Below are positions 8,331-17,719 of a stretch of 64,000 nucleotides of DNA, piece by piece (within the stretch, counting starts at the first letter, position 1; each line of letters starts with the position of its first letter). The translations under genes and the position numbers were made by a program. The notes under the pieces were generated by a model. It saw only the letters and a program-made list of their open reading frames with translations. It was not told where the DNA came from and searched no databases. This DNA is from an uncultured Acidimicrobiales bacterium (GTDB lineage Bacteria; Actinomycetota; Acidimicrobiia; Acidimicrobiales; JANYDT01), in assembly GCA_963763885.1 (NCBI GenBank), contig CAVXQD010000007.1, positions 125,677 to 189,676 of the forward strand, read 5' to 3'.

Positions 8331-8413
8331 GCAAACCCCGAATCGGTCGGGGAGGCGGAATCAACGCGTCCCGACACGAGGCGCGTCCAGGCAAAGGTGA
8401 TGCTGCAGGTCGG

Positions 8414-10846
8414 TTAGACCTTGCGGCGGCGACGGCCGGCAAGCACCAAACAGCAGCCTGCGGCCAACACCGAAACGGCTCGAACGCCGAGTTCAGTCGT
8501 CGCGGCACCGGTCAGTGCGAGCTCGGAGGTCACCTCGGCCGGTGTGGACACCGTGATCGGTAACGAGATGACTTGTTCGTTCCCTGACCGGTTGCGGCCA
8601 ATCACGACCAGGTGATGGTCGCCAACCGTTCCGGCAGGTATCTGTACCGTGACCCGGAAACTGCCGGTCTCATCGACCCTCACGGTAGCCAGATGGATCG
8701 GGGTCGACTGGAACTCGATCCGAGCAGAGCTTGCAACCTCGAACTCAGAACCGATGACTTCGACTGCTTCCCCGGCTTCAACCCCGTCGGCCGCTGCAGG
8801 AGCGCTAAACACCGGAGCTGGCATGTCAGGTGCCCCACCAGACCCCAGTTCGGACGAAACCGCCACCGTGGTGCTCGGCTGCACCGCTGACTGGGCCGTG
8901 GTCGGCGACGCCAAGGTCGTGGTGGTCAGCTCCGCCGCAGTTGTGGGCGACCCATCCACAAGCGGGGATCCGACGATTGGTGTTGCGCTTGTCGGAGCCG
9001 AAGAAGGAGTCGAGGGAGCGGGCATCGACGTTGACGACGTTGATGACGAGGTACTCGTCGGTGCCTGAGTCGTCGGCGTAGATGTAGAGCTCGATGTGGT
9101 TGGATCGGTAACGACGACCGTCGTCGGAACCGGGGTCGAAGTGGATGTGCTCGAGCTGGTCGTCGGAGCGATCGTGGTGGAGGTGGTCGTCGAGGACGTA
9201 GATGACGTAGTCGACGTCGTTGGCTCAATCGTGGTCGTTGTGGTCGTCGTTGTTGACGGTTCAGTCGTAGTCGTGGTCGACGTGGTCGTTGGCTCGATCG
9301 TGGTAGTCGTGGTGGTCGATGTCGTGGTTGTGGAACTTGTGGTGGTCGGAGGGATTACGCCGGAAACGCTGACGCCGTTACCCGTGAGATCAGCAATAAC
9401 CACCGCTGGGTTAGCGCCGGCCGACCAGTCCTCTGCCGCTGCCAAGTTGTACGTCGTGCCACCGGTAGATGACGTTCCGTTCTTGTCGAGCAGCAAATTG
9501 ACGGCGGCCCGGTCGGCAAGGCCCAGGTTCAAGGCGAACGACGAGGAGGAATAGCGCTCGACACTCGGAGTAGCCGACAACGTGCGGGTCGCGCCGCTCT
9601 GCCCCGTGATCGTGAATTTCGATGCGTCGATGTCATTCGCGGCACCCGCCCGCGATGGGATACCGAAGCCCGACACGCTCAGCACCCCGGTGCCGCTGTC
9701 ATAGGTGGCATAGGTAACGCGCGGGTCGTTTACCCTGTTCACAGTCAAGGCAATCGTCGTACTCGCAGGTGCGGAACCGACGGTGGTATTCCAGCCTGCT
9801 GCCACGGCCAGGTTGTAGGTGGTGCCCCCAGTAGAGCTGCTTCCGGTTTTGTTCAAAATGCCCGAGAGAGCCTCCCAGTCATCGAAGTTCACATTGACGG
9901 AGCCCTGATTGCCGTACACATACATCGTTGAGTTCGGGGTTGAGAGGGTGTGCGACCCGCTGCCCTCGCCGGTCAGCGTGAATTTCGACCACGCGATGGT
10001 GTGAGCTGAGGACAATCCGGTCCCCGTGATCGTCAACTCGGTGTTCCAAGCGTCGTAGGAAGCGGACGTGATGGTCGGTGCGGGCGCCCCAAGGGTGAAC
10101 TGCGTTCCTAGTGCAGTCGCGACGCTGCCGGTGCCGGTGTCGTCACCGGACCAGTTGGACACGTTCATGAAGCGGGCTAACCAGCCCGCACGGTCTGTCT
10201 GGGTTGACGGTCCCGAGTAGAACACGTTGTCCTGTTGACTTGCGCCGCCTGGGAGGCCGATGGCGTTGACACCATTGGTCAAGGCGTTCTGGCTGCCCGT
10301 TCCGTTGGGCAGCATCGAGTCGCGAAGCGACGCCACGATGCCCGTGTTCCAGTTGGTTGCGTCGACGGTTCCTGAACTGTTGTTCGACCCGCTGAGGAAG
10401 TATGGGCTCGCACCGAAGTCTTGAAACACAAAAACCTGGTCACCTGCGAGGTTGATCGGGTCCGTCACGGTGTAGCCAAAAAGGTCGGCCAGGTCACCGC
10501 TGAGGTCTGCACTTGTGCTGAGGTTCGTCAGGGCCGGAACCGATACCGACGACGGAAAGGTAAAACGCAGCAGCGTTCCCTTTGGGATTGGGGCTGAGAC
10601 TGACCACTGCGTCACACCATCTCCAGTAAGCGAGGAGGTAAAGGCATTGGTGCCGGCGTCCCACCCAAGATCGGTGATGTACAGATCTGTATAGGCCGGC
10701 AGATCGTCGAGGACTGCGAGTGTCGCTGTGTTGTCCACCGCATTGAGGCCAACCACCACAACAGCTCCGACGCTGACCGAATTGGCCGACGCGGGTTCCG
10801 CCGCCTGGAACGTAAAGCCGGCCACGAGTAACAGGAGGCCCCGCAA
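8414..10846 (-). CDS. Secreted, probably sortase-anchored surface protein with two adhesin-like repeats and a Thr-rich stalk
   Basis: N-terminal signal peptide (AEPASA), two ~100-aa repeats ending TGGTTYNLA.A..W, long Thr/Ser/Pro tract, C-terminal LALTG + hydrophobic segment + RRRRK. Confidence 0.75.
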   Translation of the reverse strand: MRGLLLLVAGFTFQAAEPASANSVSVGAVVVVGLNAVDNTATLAVLDDLPAYTDLYITDLGWDAGTNAFTSSLTGDGVTQWSVSAPIPKGTLLRFTFPSSVSVPALTNLSTSADLSGDLADLFGYTVTDPINLAGDQVFVFQDFGASPYFLSGSNNSSGTVDATNWNTGIVASLRDSMLPNGTGSQNALTNGVNAIGLPGGASQQDNVFYSGPSTQTDRAGWLARFMNVSNWSGDDTGTGSVATALGTQFTLGAPAPTITSASYDAWNTELTITGTGLSSAHTIAWSKFTLTGEGSGSHTLSTPNSTMYVYGNQGSVNVNFDDWEALSGILNKTGSSSTGGTTYNLAVAAGWNTTVGSAPASTTIALTVNRVNDPRVTYATYDSGTGVLSVSGFGIPSRAGAANDIDASKFTITGQSGATRTLSATPSVERYSSSSFALNLGLADRAAVNLLLDKNGTSSTGGTTYNLAAAEDWSAGANPAVVIADLTGNGVSVSGVIPPTTTSSTTTTSTTTTTTIEPTTTSTTTTTEPSTTTTTTTTIEPTTSTTSSTSSTTTSTTIAPTTSSSTSTSTPVPTTVVVTDPTTSSSTSTPTTQAPTSTSSSTSSTSMPAPSTPSSAPTSATPIVGSPLVDGSPTTAAELTTTTLASPTTAQSAVQPSTTVAVSSELGSGGAPDMPAPVFSAPAAADGVEAGEAVEVIGSEFEVASSARIEFQSTPIHLATVRVDETGSFRVTVQIPAGTVGDHHLVVIGRNRSGNEQVISLPITVSTPAEVTSELALTGAATTELGVRAVSVLAAGCCLVLAGRRRRKV

Positions 10847-11047
10847 AGGGCAACCATTCGCCTAGAGAAGTCGGCTGCTCGGGAGCGAAGGCTGGAGTCG
10901 CTAGGAACCCCACGCAAGCCACGAATGCGCTGGTACACACTGATCTGCTGCGTGCTCCGGCGTCGGTTTCGTAGGGTCTGTGGGATCTTCACCCACTGAA
11001 GATCGACCGCTGACTCAGGTACCTTGAATCAGCGAGGTATTCGCTGA

Positions 11048-11839
11048 CTACTCGGCCACCTTGGCACCGGTCATGATGGCGACAGCGTCGCTCATGGTGA
11101 TGGCCTTCGGATCAACCACGGCCACCCGGCGACCGAGCCGCTGGATATGGATACGGTCAGCCACTTCAAACACGTGCGGCATGTTGTGGCTGATGAGGAT
11201 GACCGGCATCCCCTTGGAGCGAAGGTCACGGATCATCTGCAGCACCTGCCCGGACTCCTTGACGCCAAGCGCAGCTGTGGGTTCGTCGAGGATGATCACC
11301 TTGCTGCCGAACGCAGCAGCGCGTGCCACGCTGACGGCCTGACGCTGACCACCTGACAGTGTTTCCACCGCCTGCGTGATGTCCTGCAGGGTTCCAATGC
11401 CAAGTTCATCAAGAGCCGCCTTGGCGTCGCGACGCATGCCGGGCTTGTCCAGCATCCGGAACACGGTGCCAAGTGGACCCGAGCGGCGCCGCTCTCTGCC
11501 AAGAAACACGTTGGTGGCGATATCCAAAGCCGGTGCTACTGCAAGGCTCTGATACACCGTCTCGATGCCAGCGGAACGAGCGTCCTGTGGCCCCTTGAAG
11601 TGAACCCGGTTGCCGTCTAGCTCGACGTGGCCCTCGTCTGGAACCATGGCGCCAGAGAGACACTTGATGAGCGACGATTTACCGGCGCCGTTGTCACCGA
11701 TGACAGCGAGCACCTCGCCAGGAAACAGCTCGAAGTCCGACCCGTTGAGAGCAGTCACGCGGCCGAAGCGTTTGACAATGTTCGTCCCCGACAGAATCGG
11801 ATTTCCGGCTGGACGAGGTGCGGCGTACGTGTTGCTCAT
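11048..11839 (-). CDS. frcA: Monosaccharide ABC transporter ATP-binding protein (FrcA-like)
   Basis: GDNGAGKS Walker A, LSGGQRQ signature, IILDEPT Walker B, ISH; in an operon with frcBC-like genes. Confidence 0.85.
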   Translation of the reverse strand: MSNTYAAPRPAGNPILSGTNIVKRFGRVTALNGSDFELFPGEVLAVIGDNGAGKSSLIKCLSGAMVPDEGHVELDGNRVHFKGPQDARSAGIETVYQSLAVAPALDIATNVFLGRERRRSGPLGTVFRMLDKPGMRRDAKAALDELGIGTLQDITQAVETLSGGQRQAVSVARAAAFGSKVIILDEPTAALGVKESGQVLQMIRDLRSKGMPVILISHNMPHVFEVADRIHIQRLGRRVAVVDPKAITMSDAVAIMTGAKVAE

Positions 11840-12918
11840 TTGGCGACCTTTCGGATCCACTGGTCAAGGGCTACGGCGATGAGGATGAGCGAACCAATGG
11901 CAAACGTCTGCCAATAAGCGCTAACGCCCGAAAGCGTGAGGCCCAGCCGGAACACGGACACCACGAGGGCTCCAATGAGGGTTCCCGAGAATCTTCCCCG
12001 ACCGCCGAACAGGCTGGTGCCGCCGATCACGACGGCTGTGATTGTGTCCAGGTTGATCTGACCGTCACCAGCGTTGCTGCTGGCCGACAGCGATCGACCA
12101 AGTTGGATCCATGCACCGAACGCATAAAGAGCGCCGGCGACCATATACACACTTACGAGTACCCGGTTCACATTGATACCGGCGAGACGTGCGGCTTCGA
12201 GATCATCACCAGTCGAGAGGACGTGCGAACCCCACGCAGTGTTGTTCAGTACGTACGTAAACGCGATGTACATCAAAAACACCAAGATCACTCCGACAGT
12301 GATGGTGAAGCCAGTCCGTCGCGCCCCGAAGGTGATCTCCTTCCCGGTCCACAACAGCAACCCGTCGTACGCCTTGGTTGCCGGATTGTCGCCCAATTCG
12401 GTCTTCCCGATCGTCCGAGCCTGGGAATAGGTAAGACCTAACGACTGGAAGATGTAAAACGTGCCGAGTGTGGTGATGAACGGAGGGAGTCCTATCTTCG
12501 TGATCAGGAACCCATGGAAGGCACCAAGCGTGAGGCCGACCACAAGACCGATCAGAAGTGCAATTACCGGAGGCACACCCCATTCGCTAAAGACCTTTGC
12601 AACAACTAGGTGGGTCAGTACCATTCCGGTTCCGACGGCGAGATCCACGCCTGCAGTGATGACGATAAGGGTCTGGCCGACAGCGAGTGCAGCCAAGACA
12701 GCGGTCTGCTGCAGGATGATGCCCAGCGTGGGCGCCTTGATCAGTTTGCCGTCGCTGAAGAAGGCGAACACGATCGTGGCGACGAGCAATACAGCCGCCG
12801 GGCTAATCGTTGGATAGCGATGCAGCAGGCGCTGGATTGAAGCGAAGGTACCGGTGCGGTGACCAAATGGGTCAGGCACTACAGGTGCGTCGGAAACGTC
12901 GGACACGGCGTCAGACAT
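11836..12918 (-). CDS. frcC: Monosaccharide ABC transporter permease (FrcC-like)
   Basis: GQTLIVITAGVDLAVG, LPPFITTLG, AARLAGI, AVVIGGTSLFGGRG. Confidence 0.85.
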   Translation of the reverse strand: MSDAVSDVSDAPVVPDPFGHRTGTFASIQRLLHRYPTISPAAVLLVATIVFAFFSDGKLIKAPTLGIILQQTAVLAALAVGQTLIVITAGVDLAVGTGMVLTHLVVAKVFSEWGVPPVIALLIGLVVGLTLGAFHGFLITKIGLPPFITTLGTFYIFQSLGLTYSQARTIGKTELGDNPATKAYDGLLLWTGKEITFGARRTGFTITVGVILVFLMYIAFTYVLNNTAWGSHVLSTGDDLEAARLAGINVNRVLVSVYMVAGALYAFGAWIQLGRSLSASSNAGDGQINLDTITAVVIGGTSLFGGRGRFSGTLIGALVVSVFRLGLTLSGVSAYWQTFAIGSLILIAVALDQWIRKVAK

Positions 12919-13069
12919 GGTTGTCCTTGTGGCGAGGCAGAGGTGGTGGGTAGGGCACGTGCGAGTTGCGGGTACTTCTTGAGATGCAGGCACCGCTGAT
13001 GGTCCAAACAGTGTCGCAGGACCAAGCGTGGTGACGACCGTCACGTCAGCCAGTGAAGCACAGAAATGC

Positions 13070-13100
13070 AAAAGGGGCGGGCCGTTTCCAGCCCGCCCCT
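13070..13100 (-). terminator. Intrinsic terminator/attenuator between frcB and frcC
   Basis: Perfect 10-bp stem AGGGGCGGGC/GCCCGCCCCT followed by a T run on the minus strand. Confidence 0.75.
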
Positions 13101-13160
13101 CACTGCGTGTTGACCGTCAAGCGCCGGAGACCATCGGCACTTGGCAGTCGACTACTGGGA

Positions 13161-14366
13161 TCAGCCCCAGCAGATCTTCTGGCCGTCGGCGACGGAGATG
13201 CTGGTGACGCCGTCAACTGCCTTGTCGGTGACCAGCGCAACGCCGGTGTTGAAGAAGTCAAGGCCAGGAGTAACTGCTGGCTTTGGCTTGCCGCCTGCGA
13301 GGTCGACGATTGCCTGCATACCCTTGGCGGCCATCTGGCCTGGGTACTGCTGAGCGGTTGCGCCGATGACGCCGGAAGCGACGAGCTCGAGGCCAGGCTT
13401 GCAGCCACCGTCAACGGAGACGATGAGCAGGTCCTTGTCCTTGCCAGCAGCCTTCATCACGTCGTATGCGCCCTGTGCCGCAGGCTCATTGATTGTGTAG
13501 ATGACGTTGACGTCTGGGTTCTTGGCCAGGCAGGTTTCCATAGCGGTCTTGCCACCGTCGACGGAACCGTTGGTTGGCTCGTGGCAGATGATTTCGTAGT
13601 CGCCGCCGGCTGCGTACTTGCCGGTTGCTGCTTCTTTGCCGTTAGCGGTCTTGTCTTCAGCCTGGACGATGCCCATGCCGTTGAGGAAGCCCTGGTCACG
13701 AGCGGTGTCGACCGAAACGACCTTGTCGTTGAAGAGGTCGAGCATTGCGATGACGGCCTTCTTGTTGCCAGCAGCTGCGAGCTGGCCATTGGCCCACTGG
13801 CCAATGAGCTGGCCAGCCTCGTAGTTGTTGGTTGCGAAGGTGATGTCAACCGATGAAGCTGGGTTTGGCGGTGTGTCGAGTGCGATCACGAGGAGGCCAG
13901 CAGCGCGTGCCTTGTCGAGTGCAGGAACGACATCGTCGGTTGCAGGCGTGATGAGGATGCCCTTGTCGCCGTTTGCGATTGCTGCCTCGATGGCTGCGAT
14001 CTGAGTGGCGCTGTCGCCGTCTTCCTTGCCAGCAGCCGTGGTGAGCTTGACGTTGAGCTCGGTGGCCTTGGCCTCTGCATCCTTCTGCATTGAAACGAAG
14101 AATGGGTTGGACAGGGTCTTCAGGATCAGCGTGACGCCGACCTGTTCCCCAGCAGCAGCAGCAGCGACCGTGGTCTCAGCAGCAGCAGGCGTGGTCTCAG
14201 CCGGAGTGGTTTCGGCTGGCGTGGTCTCGGCTGGCGTGGTTTCGACAACCTCGGCCTCAGCGGCCACGGTGGTGTCGACGGTCTCGGCGGCATCGCTTCC
14301 GCAGGCGGCGAGCAAAAGCGCCGACGCTGCGAAGGCCACGACACCGAAGCGAAGCTTGCGTGTCAT
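13161..14366 (-). CDS. frcB: Monosaccharide ABC transporter substrate-binding lipoprotein (FrcB-like, fructose/mannose/ribose class)
   Basis: Lipobox LLLAAC, AETTP linker repeats, NPFFVSM, GILITP, ATNNYEAG and YTINEPAA.GA motifs characteristic of FrcB. Confidence 0.85.
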   Translation of the reverse strand: MTRKLRFGVVAFAASALLLAACGSDAAETVDTTVAAEAEVVETTPAETTPAETTPAETTPAAAETTVAAAAAGEQVGVTLILKTLSNPFFVSMQKDAEAKATELNVKLTTAAGKEDGDSATQIAAIEAAIANGDKGILITPATDDVVPALDKARAAGLLVIALDTPPNPASSVDITFATNNYEAGQLIGQWANGQLAAAGNKKAVIAMLDLFNDKVVSVDTARDQGFLNGMGIVQAEDKTANGKEAATGKYAAGGDYEIICHEPTNGSVDGGKTAMETCLAKNPDVNVIYTINEPAAQGAYDVMKAAGKDKDLLIVSVDGGCKPGLELVASGVIGATAQQYPGQMAAKGMQAIVDLAGGKPKPAVTPGLDFFNTGVALVTDKAVDGVTSISVADGQKICWG

Positions 14367-14435
14367 AGAGAAGTTCCCCTTGGTGATGGCTGACGTTGCG
14401 ATTGTCACAACGCCGGTGACGAGTTAACCTGCGAA

Positions 14436-14449
14436 TGACAACGTTGTCA
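14436..14449. promoter_or_regulatory. LacI-family operator
   Basis: Perfect palindrome TGACAACGTTGTCA between divergent frcB and the LacI gene. Confidence 0.75.
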
Positions 14450-14485
14450 AGTCACTTGTCAGGGCATTGTACGATTCCGTCTCTC

Positions 14486-15526
14486 ATGAACGACCAGCCG
14501 CTTCGACGCCCCACAATGCGTGACGTAGCTGAAGCTGCCGGTGTGAGCCTGAAAACGGTTTCACGCGTGGTCAACCACGAGGACGGTGTCAGCCAGGATT
14601 TGGCCCAGCGGGTTGGTACAGCCGTGGCAAGTCTGCGCTACGTCCCAGACGAACGGGCCCGCAACCTTCGCCAGACGGAATCTCGCGCGACGTCCATCGG
14701 TTTCTCGTTGGTGGACGTATCAAACCCCTTCTTCTCCGCCGTCTTGCGCGGGCTGGAGGAAGTGGCCAGGGCCCACAACTGCCTGGTGCTTTCGGCCAGT
14801 AGCGACCACAACCAGGGGCGCCAGGACCAGCTCATCGAGACGTTCGTTCAGCGGCGGGTGGCAGGCATTGTTGTGGTCCCGTGCGGGCCCGAGTTAGGCC
14901 TGCTCAACTCCGACTTCCTTCGTCAGACGCCCGTGGTGTTTGTGGACTGCGAACCTGAAACGGGCCAGTTCGACCTTGTCCGTGCCGACCACTACGGCGG
15001 GGCGTTCGAGCTCACCCAACACCTCATTGCGCACGGACATCGCCGCATCGGGTTTCTTGGCGACGACACCGCCATCTTCTCCGCGCGGTTGCGCAAACAG
15101 GGCTTCATGGACGCCATGGCCGCAGCAGGTTTCGAGGTTGACCCGCAATTGGTGATCACCGGCGAACGCTCCCCCATTGGCTGGCAGACCGAGGTTTTCG
15201 GATGGCTCAATCGGCTTGAACAGCATCCAACTGCAGTGATGTCCGCACAGAACTTCGTCACCATGGGCGCCGTTCGGGCGCTGCATCAATTGAAACTGGA
15301 ACGCGTCATTGCGCTTGCCGGGTTCGACGAGATCGAAATGGGCGACGTGGTGTCACCGGCCATCACCGTCCTTCCGCAGCACCCATTCGAACTGGGTCGG
15401 CTGGCCGGCGAGACGCTCTTCAGGCGCCTGAATGGCTCCGACGAGCCACCGGTGCACGAGATTCTGAAGGCGTCGGTTGTGCGCCGGGGTTCGGGCGAGA
15501 TCAGGCCGGTTGATCTACCAGCCTGA
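14486..15526 (+). CDS. LacI-family transcriptional regulator
   Basis: TMRDVAEAAGVSLKTVSRVVN HTH, periplasmic-binding-like core, IALAGFD. Confidence 0.95.
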   Translation: MNDQPLRRPTMRDVAEAAGVSLKTVSRVVNHEDGVSQDLAQRVGTAVASLRYVPDERARNLRQTESRATSIGFSLVDVSNPFFSAVLRGLEEVARAHNCLVLSASSDHNQGRQDQLIETFVQRRVAGIVVVPCGPELGLLNSDFLRQTPVVFVDCEPETGQFDLVRADHYGGAFELTQHLIAHGHRRIGFLGDDTAIFSARLRKQGFMDAMAAAGFEVDPQLVITGERSPIGWQTEVFGWLNRLEQHPTAVMSAQNFVTMGAVRALHQLKLERVIALAGFDEIEMGDVVSPAITVLPQHPFELGRLAGETLFRRLNGSDEPPVHEILKASVVRRGSGEIRPVDLPA

Positions 15527-15547
15527 CGCAGTTGCGGGAAGAAGCAG

Positions 15548-16393
15548 TTACGGGAAGACCACGGTCTTGCGGCCAACCAGCAAGACCCGGTTCTCCGCCC
15601 AGTAGCCAACCGCACGAGACAAGACCAGGCGCTCGGTATCCCGGCCCAGGGTGGTGAGTTCTTCTGCGGTGTGGGCATGGTCCACACGACGAACGTCCTG
15701 TTCGATGATGGGACCCTCGTCCAGTTCGCCGGTCACAAAGTGCGCAGTGGCTCCAACCAGTTTCACTCCGCGCTCGTAGGCCTGGTGATAGGGCCGTGCA
15801 CCCTTGAACCCAGGGAGGAACGAGTGGTGGATGTTGATGGCGCGGCCAGAGAGTTCCTCACACAACCCATCGCTGAGCACCTGCATGTATCGAGCCAAAA
15901 CCACCAGATCGATGTTGTGTTCTGCAATGAGACCCAACAGCGCCTCCTCTTGTTCGGGTTTGGTTGCGGCCGTTACCGGTAAGTGCACATAGGGGATGCC
16001 TTCGTTGACGGCGATCTTGGCGCAGTCCGGATGGTTGGACACGATGAGCGGAATGTCCACCCGAAGGTCGCCTATGCGCCAGCGATACAGCAGGTCAACC
16101 AGGCAGTGGTCGTACTTCGACACCATCACCAGCACCCGGGGCCGGTGGTCGTCTCGACGCACAACAACCGATGCCGAAGAATCGCCCAGAGCGTTCATAA
16201 CGGACGCGCGGATCTGTGCTGGCTCGTCGACCGGCGCTTCAAACTCTGTACGCATACAGAACAATCCTGTGTCGGTGTCGCCGAACTGAGCGTTCTCGAT
16301 GATGTTGCCGCCCAACTCCAGCAACGCACCACTGACTGCGTGAACAATGCCGGGCCGGTCAGGGCAGGTAAGGGTGAGGATGTGCCGTGGCAT
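15548..16393 (-). CDS. purU: Formyltetrahydrofolate deformylase
   Basis: ACT domain TCPDRPGIV, VLARYMQVLS, AINIHHSFLPGFKGARPYHQAYERGVKLVGATAH, LDEGPIIEQ. Confidence 0.95.
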   Translation of the reverse strand: MPRHILTLTCPDRPGIVHAVSGALLELGGNIIENAQFGDTDTGLFCMRTEFEAPVDEPAQIRASVMNALGDSSASVVVRRDDHRPRVLVMVSKYDHCLVDLLYRWRIGDLRVDIPLIVSNHPDCAKIAVNEGIPYVHLPVTAATKPEQEEALLGLIAEHNIDLVVLARYMQVLSDGLCEELSGRAINIHHSFLPGFKGARPYHQAYERGVKLVGATAHFVTGELDEGPIIEQDVRRVDHAHTAEELTTLGRDTERLVLSRAVGYWAENRVLLVGRKTVVFP

Positions 16394-16557
16394 GAAAGCG
16401 CCCTTTTGGTTGCAGGAGACGGGCCTCCATGTTGTCACGCCACGGAGGGGACTTTGTCAGGACATATGCGCTGGCTGCTCCGGTTGGCTTGAGAACCCGC
16501 CCACCGGCTTGGCTAGCTGACAGATCTGCCGGGCGGCAGGTCGAAACGAGCGTTCGC

Positions 16558-17616
16558 ATGTCACAGATTTCCCCTGGAGCAACAGTTGCCGTCACCGGGA
16601 GCGCCGGGTACATCGGCGGTTGGGTTGTGGCCGGCTTGTTGGACCGCGGATATCGGGTCCGGGCATGTGTGCGCGACGTGGAAGATCTGACGCGCACCGA
16701 GTTTCTTCGTGCCATGCATGGATTCGCGTCGGGCCGGTTGACCCTGCACGCTGCGGACCTCGACACACCAGGTTGCTTCGACACGGTGTTCGCTGGCTGT
16801 GACGCGGTCTGCCACCTGTCGCACGTCACCACGTACAACGACCCGGACTACATCCGTGGCGTGTGCGATCACATCATTGCCAGCGTGAACGCTGCCAGCA
16901 CCGTGAAACGGGTTGTGGTGACATCCAGCATTGCTGCGGTCATTGCCGAGGCCGACATCCAAGAAATGGTCCGACGGCCCGTCATCGACGAGGACCGGTC
17001 CCCAGATGAAGACAATCCCAAACGGACGCCGGACAAGGGGCTTGGGTACTCCATCGGAAAGAACATCGCGCAGCACGCGTTCAGCGAAGCTGCTGCGGCC
17101 AATGGTCGTTGGGACGCCATCACGTGTTGCCCAGGCGACAACATCGGCCCCATCATGTCTGCGCACCACGCCTCCGCAGCATGGCAGGGCATCATCGCTG
17201 GAATGCTGTCGGGGTCGTACGCCCAGACCGGTGCATACCGGCCGTGGATGACCGTTGATGTGCGAGATGACGCTGCGTGCCACATCGGGTTGCTGGAGAG
17301 CCAATTGGTTCGCAACGGACAGCGATTTCTGGCCTGGTCCACAGACGCACGCAATGCCGAAGACATCTGTGCGGACATCGATCGCTTACTTCCTGAATTG
17401 CATCACGACGCACCGCAGATCACGGATTCCTTTCCTGAACGTGTGCAGGTCCGTGAGGCAGAGTTCCGATCCATCTGGGCAGGGTGCGATCTTCGCAACG
17501 ACCGAATCCGTGCGGCCACGCCGGTGGTGTTCCGCCCGATGGACGACTCCATCCGTGACTGCGTGGAGTCACTGATCTCGATCGCCGGGTACGCCGTCCG
17601 CACCAAAGCTTCGTAG
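16558..17616 (+). CDS. NAD-dependent epimerase/dehydratase (dihydroflavonol-reductase-like extended SDR)
   Basis: VAVTGSAGYIGG, VVVTSSIAAV, Y.IGK, VDVRDDA. Confidence 0.85.
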   Translation: MSQISPGATVAVTGSAGYIGGWVVAGLLDRGYRVRACVRDVEDLTRTEFLRAMHGFASGRLTLHAADLDTPGCFDTVFAGCDAVCHLSHVTTYNDPDYIRGVCDHIIASVNAASTVKRVVVTSSIAAVIAEADIQEMVRRPVIDEDRSPDEDNPKRTPDKGLGYSIGKNIAQHAFSEAAAANGRWDAITCCPGDNIGPIMSAHHASAAWQGIIAGMLSGSYAQTGAYRPWMTVDVRDDAACHIGLLESQLVRNGQRFLAWSTDARNAEDICADIDRLLPELHHDAPQITDSFPERVQVREAEFRSIWAGCDLRNDRIRAATPVVFRPMDDSIRDCVESLISIAGYAVRTKAS

Positions 17617-17719
17617 CGGATTTTTGGCGAGGATTTCTGGCGAGGATTTCTTGCGACGAGGTCGCTTCTGATTCGATGCGCTGATCGGCAATCTTGCCGA
17701 TGTCGAGGAGGACCGAACC

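Noticed and set aside
16448-16461. GGGACTTTGTCAGG as a DosR box
   Set aside because: Only the left half-site matches (8/14).
17625-17650. 13-bp tandem doublet TGGCGAGGATTTC plus small hairpins
   Set aside because: Only two copies and no other match seen in the window; too little to call an element.
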